56,707 nucleotides of DNA, taken from Chloroflexota bacterium. Lineage in GTDB: Bacteria; Chloroflexota; Dehalococcoidia; Dehalococcoidales; G020351185. A program made the translations under genes and the position numbers. The notes under the pieces were generated by a model. That model saw only the letters and a list, made by a program, of their open reading frames with translations. It was not told where the DNA came from and made no database searches. The stretch lies in contig JBDRFC010000009.1 in NCBI GenBank assembly GCA_043819155.1, positions 1-56,707 of the forward strand, given 5' to 3'. Each line of letters starts with the position of its first letter. Position 1 is the stretch's first letter. Shown here piece after piece: positions 30,419 to 38,319 of this stretch.

Positions 30419-30965
30419 TTATCTTTAATAGCTGCGGCGTAATCACCGAGCCGGCACCACAACCGCAGTCCAGCGCTACTTTAATTTTATACTTATCCGG
30501 GAAGAAAGTTAATATCTTATCTGTATGTTTCTTTATCGCATCTGGGTAGTTTTTAATTGACTGGAACCTTTCCCATGGTGCGGTATTGATGCAGTTACCC
30601 GAAATAGCCGCCTCTATACTATTCTGCTGTCTTTTATCAAAGGCAGAGCCATCCGGATTCAGCAATTTTAGACCGTTATACTGCGGTGGATTATGCGAAG
30701 CCGTAATCATCACCCCGGTATCAAAATCCTTTGCCGCCAGAGCCAGCGTCGGTGTCGGTACTATGCCGGCGTCATAGCATCTTGAACCGGCTGCCAGCAG
30801 CCCGGCTATGACTGCCTGCTTTATGGAACTTGATGATGTCCTTGTATCACAACCAACGACTACATTATTGCTTTTTCCGCCCACAACAAGACCGACCTTC
30901 AAAGCCAACTGGATTAGCCAGCTGTCCACAACGGCTCTAATTCCAGATGTGCCAAATAACGACAT
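30369..30965 (-). pseudogene. glmM: 5' fragment (about 184 codons) of a phosphoglucosamine/phosphohexose mutase gene
   Basis: MSLFGTSGIRA, the active-site loop ITASHNPPQYNGLK and the start of domain II (DCGCGAGS). Homology stops at about LLKIMG. The frame then reads 14 unrelated codons into glmS sequence and hits TGA. Full-length enzymes are about 450 aa. Confidence 0.75.
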
Positions 30966-31105
30966 AGCGAACCGATTTTAATCTTTTTATAGCCAGTTGT
31001 CAATATTATTAGTCAGATAGTCCATAATATTTTTAATCTCCTTGACATAGATAGCATAACTCTTTATTATAGATGCATAATCATATTTTGAAGGAGATAA
31101 TATAA

Positions 31106-31423
31106 ATGGTTCTAGATATTACCGACCAGACCTTTGAAGAAGAGGTTTTAAAATCTACGCAGCCTGTACTGGTGGATTTATGGGCGCCGTGGTGCGGACC
31201 ATGCCGTATGGTTGGTCCAGTGGTTGAAAGTCTGTCTGAGAAAAACAAGGGGAAAATAAAGTTCTGCAAAATAAATGTTGATGAAAACCAGAAGACCGCA
31301 TCTAAATACAGTGTTATGTCAATACCTACCCTTATGTTTTTCAAGGATGGCAAAGTTATAGACACCATTATCGGTGCCGTGCCTGAATCAGCACTACAGG
31401 CTAAAATAGACGATATTCTCTAA
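31106..31423 (+). CDS. trxA: Thioredoxin
   Basis: 105 aa with the WAPWCGPCR active site. AAGGAG SD. A TTGACA/TATTAT-type promoter is visible upstream. Confidence 0.95.
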   Translation: MVLDITDQTFEEEVLKSTQPVLVDLWAPWCGPCRMVGPVVESLSEKNKGKIKFCKINVDENQKTASKYSVMSIPTLMFFKDGKVIDTIIGAVPESALQAKIDDIL

Positions 31424-31439
31424 TCGCAAGAGGTATATT

Positions 31440-32246
31440 TCAAGCATTGTCTCTATTTATTCTACTGCTTCCGGCAGTAGGCAGTACCATCGGCAATCCG
31501 TTCAGCGGATGAAACTCAATATAGCTACCTGAACCATATATCTGTCTTATATTCTCCTCGGTTATTACCTCTTTAGGTTCTCCCTGGCAGTGAATTCTCC
31601 CCTTATCTATCAATACCAGCCGGTCGCAGTACTGCGCCGCCAGGTTAAGTTCGTGCATAGCGATTACTACGGTCAGGTTATCTTTCAGGCAAAGCCCTTT
31701 TATCAAATCCAGAATCTCAATCTGTCGTCCTATATCAAGGTTGGCTGTCGGTTCATCCAGAAGGATGCCTTTTGTTTGCTGTGCCAGTACGCGGGCAATG
31801 ACAATGCTCTGTATCTCTCCACCCGAAAGCTGCCCGATTCTGCGTCTGGCAAGGTGTTGCGTTGATGTCTTTTCCATGGCCTGCCAGGCAATTGTTGTGT
31901 CTTTTTTACCCTCATATTGAAGCAGCCCGAGGTGCGGATTTCTCCCCATAAGCACTATCTCGAATGCTGTAAATGTACTTGGCAGAAGAGGCATCTGAGG
32001 GACTACGCCCAGCAAGCGAGAAAGCTCTATTCTGGGTATTTGTGATATATCTCTATCATTCAGGAGTATATCACCTGAATACGGCTTTATAATCCTTCCC
32101 AAGGATTTTATTATTGTCGATTTTCCGCAACCGTTAGCCCCGACAATGCCGAGCATTTCGCCTGGCTTTACCTCAAAGCTTATATCCTGCACCACAGGTT
32201 TTCGCCAGTAGCCAAGGGTTACATTTTTTAGCTTTAACTCAACCAT
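31440..32246 (-). CDS. ABC transporter ATP-binding protein (iron-siderophore/cobalamin type, BtuD/FepC-like)
   Basis: Walker A GANGCGKST, signature LSGGE and Walker B LLDEPTANLD. Last gene of the riboswitch-controlled operon. Confidence 0.9.
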   Translation of the reverse strand: MVELKLKNVTLGYWRKPVVQDISFEVKPGEMLGIVGANGCGKSTIIKSLGRIIKPYSGDILLNDRDISQIPRIELSRLLGVVPQMPLLPSTFTAFEIVLMGRNPHLGLLQYEGKKDTTIAWQAMEKTSTQHLARRRIGQLSGGEIQSIVIARVLAQQTKGILLDEPTANLDIGRQIEILDLIKGLCLKDNLTVVIAMHELNLAAQYCDRLVLIDKGRIHCQGEPKEVITEENIRQIYGSGSYIEFHPLNGLPMVLPTAGSSRINRDNA

Positions 32247-32253
32247 ATCTTCC

Positions 32254-33342
32254 TCAGAATAGCATTTTTGCCCTTCGCCGCAGCAGATAAAGGAAGAAGG
32301 GCGCCCCGCACAGAGCCGTTATTACACCTATCGGTATCTCGGAGGGAGCCACTATAGTCCGTGCCAAAACATCGGCAAGAATAAGGAAAATGGCACCGCT
32401 TACGAGAGATAGCGGCAACAGGAAGCGGTAATCCGGTCCCCAGATGAGACGCACGGCATGAGGTATTATTATGCCCACAAAGCCTATGATACCGACAAAA
32501 GAAACGGCGGCGGCAGTAACCATCGTTGCCGCCGCCAGTAGAATTATCTTTAATCTTTCCACATTGATTCCCAATTGCTGAGCCTGTTCCTCGTCAAGTT
32601 GCATTATATTTAACATTCGTGAAAACAGAAGAATCACTATTGCCCCTACGACGATTACAGGTAATACTATCTTCACTTCCGACCACTGGCTCAATGAGAA
32701 GCTCCCACTAAGCCAGAACATAATTCCGTGCAGCATCTGTCCGCTTGTAATGGCTAGGTAGGCTACTATGGCACCCAGCAGAGCCCCCAGAGCCACCCCT
32801 GCCAATATAAGGGTGGTCACTGGTACCGTCTTACCCACCCTGGCAATGAAGTAGACAACCATTACGCTTAGCAACGCCCCTGCAAAAGCCAGAACGGGCA
32901 CCAGGCCGATACCCATCCCCACCCCACTGACAGGTATCAAAAAGCCGATTACAGCCCCCAGCGCCGCCCCCTGGGCTACACCGATGAGATAGGGGTCTGC
33001 CAGAGGGTTACGGAAAAGCCCCTGATAGGTAGCCCCGGCAAGTGCCAGTGCAGCCCCCACCAGGCCGGCTAGAATCACCCGTGGCAAACGCCAATCAATT
33101 ACTATGGACTCAATTGTTTTTTCCCAGCTAGGCGTTATGTCAACAAATGGTAATCTGGAAATAAGAATGCCTGATGTTGTGCCGAAGGGGATTTCCACAC
33201 TGCCTATAGAAGTTGCAAACACTATTACCAGTAAAAGCAAAGCCAACAGCCCTATAATGGCAAAGATTCGACCGCGCCAGTATGGGTAAATCAGCCCTAT
33301 CGGCTTTATATTTTCGCCGGATATTTCTTTTTTTTCAGACAT
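32254..33342 (-). CDS. ABC transporter permease, FecCD/BtuC family
   Basis: 362 aa, about 10 TM helices, Gly/Ala-rich FecCD-type pattern (GAALALAGATYQGLFRNPLADPYLIG). Confidence 0.9.
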   Translation of the reverse strand: MSEKKEISGENIKPIGLIYPYWRGRIFAIIGLLALLLLVIVFATSIGSVEIPFGTTSGILISRLPFVDITPSWEKTIESIVIDWRLPRVILAGLVGAALALAGATYQGLFRNPLADPYLIGVAQGAALGAVIGFLIPVSGVGMGIGLVPVLAFAGALLSVMVVYFIARVGKTVPVTTLILAGVALGALLGAIVAYLAITSGQMLHGIMFWLSGSFSLSQWSEVKIVLPVIVVGAIVILLFSRMLNIMQLDEEQAQQLGINVERLKIILLAAATMVTAAAVSFVGIIGFVGIIIPHAVRLIWGPDYRFLLPLSLVSGAIFLILADVLARTIVAPSEIPIGVITALCGAPFFLYLLRRRAKMLF

Positions 33343-33382
33343 TTTTAAGCTCTTGTTGTATCTATTTTATTAATTATTTCTA

Positions 33383-34369
33383 TTACTCAACAGAACCGAA
33401 TATCTCAGGGTGTATCATTTTAGTCATCAGTTCCAGGGCTTCGACTATGCGGGGAGTAGGTCTGTTTGTCAGGTCGGCGTTTATACCATATACCTTTCCA
33501 TTTATAAAGGCGTCAACTACCGCCAGCCTTGATTCATTCAGGATGAACTGAAGCGATTTATCGCCGCCTTCATAGTTCTCTTCGTTAACCATTATCACCT
33601 GCGGATTGGTATTTATAATTTCCTCCGGCGACAGTGTTGGATAACCCTCACCGGCAACTGCCGCTATATTTATTCCACCAGCTTTCTCTATAAGCTCATG
33701 GATACGGGTGTCGTTACCTATAGACATAATCGGGTCATGCCATATAACATACAGTACCTTAGGTCTCTCTGCTTCTGTTAAGTTATCCGTTTCATCAGTT
33801 ATTTCTTTAATCTTTTTATTCATATCGCTTACTATCTGCGAAGCCTTATCTTCAGTTCCGGTAATTCTGCCGATTAAAGTTATTGAGTCCATTACTTCCT
33901 GTAGATTATGCGGTACCAGTGCAACTACAGTAAAACCGAGCCTTTCCAGCGCCGGTATTACCTCCTGCTTATGTAAATCTTCAGCCAGTATTAAATCTGG
34001 GTTTATTAAAATAACCTTCTCTATATCAACACCATCAAAGCCACCTACTTTTTCCTTAGATAGTGCATCTTCAGGGTAATTGCAGTATTCGGTTACCCCC
34101 ACAAGCTTATCTTCCAGCCCCAGGGCATAGAGTATCTCGGTATTGCTGGGAGCCAGAGAAACTATCCTTGAAGGAACTCCTTGTATTGCAACCTCACGCC
34201 CAAGGTCATCGGTTATAGTTATTGTTTTAATAGTTTCGGTTATTGTGGTAGTTGTTGTTTCGGTTAAATATACTGTATTTTGTTCGCTTTCATTGCATCC
34301 CGTAACCGTTAATACTAGAACTGATATCGTTAATATTAACGGTATAAATAACAGGCTTAATTTTTTCAC
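33383..34369 (-). CDS. Periplasmic/lipoprotein substrate-binding protein, BtuF-like (cobalamin/siderophore class)
   Basis: Signal peptide with lipobox VTGC, a Thr-rich linker, then the PF01497-type pattern (RIVSLAPSNTEILYALGL, VGVTEYCNYP, DLILA). GTG start 5 nt after GGAGG. Lies directly behind the B12 riboswitch. Confidence 0.85.
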   Translation of the reverse strand: MKKLSLLFIPLILTISVLVLTVTGCNESEQNTVYLTETTTTTITETIKTITITDDLGREVAIQGVPSRIVSLAPSNTEILYALGLEDKLVGVTEYCNYPEDALSKEKVGGFDGVDIEKVILINPDLILAEDLHKQEVIPALERLGFTVVALVPHNLQEVMDSITLIGRITGTEDKASQIVSDMNKKIKEITDETDNLTEAERPKVLYVIWHDPIMSIGNDTRIHELIEKAGGINIAAVAGEGYPTLSPEEIINTNPQVIMVNEENYEGGDKSLQFILNESRLAVVDAFINGKVYGINADLTNRPTPRIVEALELMTKMIHPEIFGSVE

Positions 34370-34402
34370 TAATTCCTCCGATTATTTTTGTTTATTTCAA
34401 CT

Positions 34403-34622
34403 AAAACAAAATTCCCTTGTCCGAGGACAAGGGAATGTCTCATGTTTGCTTAAACATGTCACACCTCCAAACCCGCGGAGTCCTAATAAACCGGAGGCGC
34501 TGGCGTTCTGACTTCTGGCAAAATAATTACCAGTTACAGCAGGCGGTACTGCGTCGGATTTTCACCGACTTGCTTTCCAGTTAAGCCCGGAGTTATCCGG
34601 GCTCCTCCAGCCGTCCGATATT
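34403..34622 (-). promoter_or_regulatory. Cobalamin (B12) riboswitch with intrinsic-terminator expression platform
   Basis: The minus strand shows the conserved blocks CTGGAAAGC, GGTGAAAATCC, GCAGTACCGCCTGCTGTAAC and the B12 box AAGTCAGAACGCCAGC. These are followed by an 11-bp hairpin (34411..34436, ATTCCCTTGTC/GACAAGGGAAT) and TTTGTTTT. Confidence 0.8.
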
Positions 34623-34635
34623 AAAATGTGTATTT

Positions 34636-34664
34636 ACAATAGCTAGTTTTTTAAAATTTGTCAA
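34636..34664 (-). promoter_or_regulatory. Putative promoter of the riboswitch-btuFCD transcript
   Basis: Minus strand reads TTGACA (34664..34659), 17 nt, TATTGT (34641..34636), about 15 nt upstream of the riboswitch. Confidence 0.45.
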
Positions 34665-34716
34665 GTATTATATAATTACCTTCTGGCGCATCGGCTACAT
34701 TTATCATTGCTAAAAA

Positions 34717-34725
34717 TGGTATAAT
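34717..34725 (+). promoter_or_regulatory. Extended -10 element (TGgTATAAT) for the 34753 ORF
   Basis: TGGTATAAT lies 27 nt upstream of the ATG, and GGGAGA SD lies at 34741. Confidence 0.35.
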
Positions 34726-34752
34726 TTAGTTTAAAGGAATGGGAGAACAATA

Positions 34753-35061
34753 ATGGGTGACATTTTAGATGAAGCCTACAGCATAATGCAGTGCAAGGAA
34801 TGCCCCTGGTATAAGACGTGCATAATGCCGATGAGATTTACCGCCGAAGATATCCGCCGTCAGATGGCATCAACTCCAGGCGCCGACATCTCGCAGCAAT
34901 CTGATCTTGGTATCCAAAATCTTATCTCAAGCATGGCAACTTCAGCCCAGAACTCAATACTGGAAGGCTGCCCCGTTCTTATTGAGCGTCTGCGTTCCAG
35001 CCCAAAGCTTGCCCAGCAGATAAAGGAAATTATGCAGAACTGGAGCCAGGAAGAGGCTTAG
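34753..35061 (+). CDS. Hypothetical small Cys-containing protein (102 aa)
   Basis: Good SD and promoter. CKECPWYKTC motif near the N-terminus plus one distal Cys. No family recognised. Confidence 0.5.
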   Translation: MGDILDEAYSIMQCKECPWYKTCIMPMRFTAEDIRRQMASTPGADISQQSDLGIQNLISSMATSAQNSILEGCPVLIERLRSSPKLAQQIKEIMQNWSQEEA

Positions 35062-36497
35062 GTATAATCCAGGGCACTAATGCTTTTACCAGAATTAACT
35101 ATTCTGCTCAAAGCAAAAACCTTAAGCTCTTTAACCATATAGCCCGCTTTTAATTCGTAACCCAAATCAGAACGATAGTATTGGCGGGCACCGACACCAC
35201 TCAAGACAGCTATAAGTTGTGTGCCAAACTCTTCACAGGCTATCCGTTCCGCCTCCATAAGCAGTGATTTGCCCAGTCCTTTATGCTGTGCGGCAGCTAT
35301 ACTGTGCCCGCCTATGGCAACCTCATGCCCATAAACATGCAGTTCTCTAACCAATGCCAGCTTGCCAGAGGGATATTCTAATCCGGATAAATGTTTATCC
35401 TGAATTCTCAACCTGAGCAAGCCAAAAAGTGTTTCCATATCATCCTCAAATGACAGGAATATTTCCTGTCCCTCTGAAGCTTCGTAGTCCATCCTCTTTA
35501 AGCTTGGCTTGCCTGTCTGCCATCCGTCCTTTATCCTGTGCCCATATTCACGGCAGCGAATGCAACTGCAGTTAGCCCCCTGCCCTTCCATCTTTTTCTT
35601 TACTATATCACGCAGGGAATCCTTTAAACCGCCGACGATGAACTTTGCCGGTATATCACGCAGTACCCGTGATATCCTGACATACTTCGGGGTAATGGCT
35701 TTAATATCGGCAATAAGATTAACCATAATGTCATTATCATATGGCTTATATTTCCCATCCCGTTGCCATTTCTCCAGCTCGGTGCCGGCTACAACCATAG
35801 TCGGATACAGCTTCAAGCCATCGGGTTTGAAACGGGTATCATCGAACATCATTTTTGAAAGCTCCAAGTCATGCTCCGGGCCCGAACCGGGCAGCCCCGG
35901 CATCCAGTGATAATGCACCTTGAAGCCGTGTTCCTTAAGCATCCTCGTGGCATTCACGACGTCTTTGACCTTATGGCCACGACCTACAAGTTCATAAATC
36001 TCGTCGTCCAGTGTCTGTACTCCCAGTTCTACCCGGGTGGCACCAAATTCAAGCATCCTTTCTATATCTTCCTGCCGGCACCAGTCAGGCCTGGTCTCTA
36101 TGCACAACCCGATACAGCGATGTCTAGCGTTTTCGTTAATTCTTTGAGCATCTTCCAGGCTGGCAGATTCCGTTCCGTTCAGGGCGTCAAAGCAGTCTTT
36201 AATAAATTCGTATTGATAGTCCTCCGGGGAAGCAAGGAATGTGCCTCCCATTACAATAAGCTCCACCTTGTCCGTGGGGTGCTCCATTTCGGTTAGGATT
36301 CTCAGTCTTAATTCAACCTGTTTTCCGGCATCGTAATCACAACTTATAGCACGTAGAACCGCCGGTGACTCCGGAGTATAACTCTGTGGAGCGGCGGTAT
36401 ATGTAGGGCAATAAATACACTGCCCCGGGCACCCCATCGGTTGCGTCATTACCGCCACCGGGGTTACGCCTGATATTGTCCTGGATAGTTTCCTCAT
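35058..36497 (-). CDS. elp3: Elp3-type radical-SAM/GNAT tRNA wobble-uridine modification enzyme
   Basis: Radical-SAM cluster motif CPGQCIYCP near the N-terminus, a TIM-barrel core (RVELGVQT), and a C-terminal GNAT domain (HKGLGKSLLMEAERIA). 479 aa, similar in size to the structurally studied Dehalococcoides mccartyi Elp3. Confidence 0.85.
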   Translation of the reverse strand: MRKLSRTISGVTPVAVMTQPMGCPGQCIYCPTYTAAPQSYTPESPAVLRAISCDYDAGKQVELRLRILTEMEHPTDKVELIVMGGTFLASPEDYQYEFIKDCFDALNGTESASLEDAQRINENARHRCIGLCIETRPDWCRQEDIERMLEFGATRVELGVQTLDDEIYELVGRGHKVKDVVNATRMLKEHGFKVHYHWMPGLPGSGPEHDLELSKMMFDDTRFKPDGLKLYPTMVVAGTELEKWQRDGKYKPYDNDIMVNLIADIKAITPKYVRISRVLRDIPAKFIVGGLKDSLRDIVKKKMEGQGANCSCIRCREYGHRIKDGWQTGKPSLKRMDYEASEGQEIFLSFEDDMETLFGLLRLRIQDKHLSGLEYPSGKLALVRELHVYGHEVAIGGHSIAAAQHKGLGKSLLMEAERIACEEFGTQLIAVLSGVGARQYYRSDLGYELKAGYMVKELKVFALSRIVNSGKSISALDYT

Positions 36498-36595
36498 TGT
36501 ATACTCACAGATAGAGCTATTATCAGTCTATCAGGTTTAAGCCCGAGCAACAACTGAAGGCAAAGTAACATACAATGCCATAAAGGATAATATAA

Positions 36596-37252
36596 TTGGT
36601 TGATAATCTTAAAGATGTTTTTAATCATATAGCGCCTGGCTGGTATAACTTCCGCCATCACTCTATCTTTAGCGAAGAGCTTAAGGTGCTGGCAGAACGC
36701 TGGCAGAATGGCAACCTGCTTAACCTCGGCTGTGCCCACGGGCCCGATTTCCTGCCATTTAAAGATAGCTTCAAACTATATGGCATCGATTTTTCAGACG
36801 AGATGCTCAAGCTTGCCCGAAAATACTCCTTGAAATTTGATTTTAATGTAGAGCTATCACTTGCCGACGTCAGAAAATTGCCTTATCCGGATAATTCCTT
36901 TGACTGGGCAATATCGGTAGCCACCTACCATCATATAAAGGGCGAGCAGGAAAGATTAGAAGCTTTAAACGAACTAAAGCGGATTTTAAAACCCGGAGGC
37001 GAAGCCTTTATTACCGTATGGAACCGATGTCAGCCAGGCTTCTGGTTCAAGCCTAAAGATTTATATGTACCCTGGCACAAGAAGGATAAGACGCTATATC
37101 GTTACTATTACCTCTTTTCTTATGCAGAACTAGAGAGCCTTGCCAGAAAAGCCGGTTTCAAGATATTGAAATCGCACCCCGAAAGCGCCTACAATTTCCC
37201 CCTGAAACATTTTTCAAGGAATATATGTCTGCTGCTAAAGAAGACCGCCTAG
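36596..37252 (+). CDS. Class I SAM-dependent methyltransferase, Trm9/ALKBH8-MTase-like
   Basis: SAM motif I LLNLGCAHG. By-eye block matches to yeast Trm9 as I recall it: VFNHIAP, FDWAISVATYHH...RILKPGGEAFITVW, VPW and YRYYYLFSYAELESLARKAGF. TTG start. Confidence 0.65.
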   Translation: MVDNLKDVFNHIAPGWYNFRHHSIFSEELKVLAERWQNGNLLNLGCAHGPDFLPFKDSFKLYGIDFSDEMLKLARKYSLKFDFNVELSLADVRKLPYPDNSFDWAISVATYHHIKGEQERLEALNELKRILKPGGEAFITVWNRCQPGFWFKPKDLYVPWHKKDKTLYRYYYLFSYAELESLARKAGFKILKSHPESAYNFPLKHFSRNICLLLKKTA

Positions 37253-37325
37253 ATTAAACAATTTGCCTATCTATAGTTATATTGCTAATATTAACCTGTA
37301 AAACTATTATCGTTTAGGGTGCCGG

Positions 37326-37865
37326 ATGAATAATAATACGAATAAAAACAGGAGGTTCCGTCAGATGCTTATCCCGACAATAATAATGGGCGTCATCGCC
37401 ATAACCCTCCTTATTATTGCTTACCAAAAGGGGGGTGGTGAGCATATCCTCGGCTTAAAGGCAGCCGGGAATATACTTCTTCAGATTCTGCCTCTTCTAA
37501 TCTTTGCTTTCATTATTGCAGGCACCATTCAGTATGTTATCCCCGCCGAATCGATATCAAAGTGGATAGGTGTTGAATCTGGTTTTCGAGGTATATTTTT
37601 CGGTACTGTCTTCGGTGGCCTTACCCCAGGGGGACCAATGATAGCGATGCCTATCGCCGCCGGCTTGCTTCAATCCGGTGCCAGTATCGGTACAATGGTA
37701 GCTTTTATGACAGGCTGGTCTCTTTGGGCTTTTACCCGATTACCGCTAGAGGTAGGCTTGATGGGCTGGAAATTCACCGCCATCCGCCTTGCCTGTACTT
37801 TTATGTTCCCTATTTTGGCCGGGCTTATAGCCAATCTATTCTTTTCCAGGACAAATGTTGTCTGA
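37326..37865 (+). CDS. Integral membrane protein, half-size predicted permease (ArsP/DUF318-like)
   Basis: 179 aa, about 5 TM helices, Gly/Pro-rich loop GGLTPGGPMIAMPIAAGL. Family assignment is tentative. Confidence 0.5.
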   Translation: MNNNTNKNRRFRQMLIPTIIMGVIAITLLIIAYQKGGGEHILGLKAAGNILLQILPLLIFAFIIAGTIQYVIPAESISKWIGVESGFRGIFFGTVFGGLTPGGPMIAMPIAAGLLQSGASIGTMVAFMTGWSLWAFTRLPLEVGLMGWKFTAIRLACTFMFPILAGLIANLFFSRTNVV

Positions 37866-37894
37866 TAAATATCTTTAAGGAGGAATGCCGGGTT

Positions 37895-38113
37895 ATGCTA
37901 TGTAAAATAAAATGCCCCGAATGCTCCAGTGAAGGCACTATATCTTTGCTGGAAACTACCTATGAAGGTCCATACAAGTGCTGGAAGTGCCGGCAGCTTT
38001 TTGCTATTAATTTGAAAAACGGCTCCATGCAAAGCTGCGAACCGCTGAGCCAGGAGGAGTTTGAAAAACTACAGGAAATCGATGCCCTTAAGAAAAAGTT
38101 TCGCAAAGACTAA
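37895..38113 (+). CDS. Small zinc-ribbon protein (72 aa)
   Basis: CPEC...(17 aa)...CWKC knuckles, then a charged helical tail. AAGGAGG lies upstream. The track ORF 37724..38113 is an upstream read-through of this gene that overlaps the permease. Confidence 0.6.
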   Translation: MLCKIKCPECSSEGTISLLETTYEGPYKCWKCRQLFAINLKNGSMQSCEPLSQEEFEKLQEIDALKKKFRKD

Positions 38114-38157
38114 CTGAATAATCCGTATAAGTATTCTTATGCAGGAGGGATAAGTAA

Positions 38158-38286
38158 ATGTCTGTTGAAAAGGTTGGTGAAAAATACCGCTGTAATATTT
38201 GCGGTAATGAGGTAGTGGTAACGAAAGTCGGTGGTGGCACCCTTGTCTGCTGCGGTGCAGATATGGAAAAGATCGAAGAGAAATAA
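38158..38286 (+). CDS. Desulforedoxin-type Fe(Cys)4 protein (42 aa)
   Basis: Not in the supplied track. MSVEKVGEKYRCNICGNEVVVTKVGGGTLVCCGADMEKIEEK matches the desulforedoxin pattern YKCxxCG..V.V...GGGTLVCCG.DM. GGAGG SD 8 nt upstream. Confidence 0.85.
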   Translation: MSVEKVGEKYRCNICGNEVVVTKVGGGTLVCCGADMEKIEEK

Positions 38287-38319
38287 TCTTTAATTATATC
38301 TTTTGTCAAAGGAGAAAGC

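Noticed and set aside
36494-36739. 81-aa minus-strand ORF spanning the elp3/methyltransferase intergenic region.
   Set aside because: It overlaps the 5' end of the Trm9-like gene in antisense and the promoter region. It has no SD and a hydrophobic low-complexity translation.
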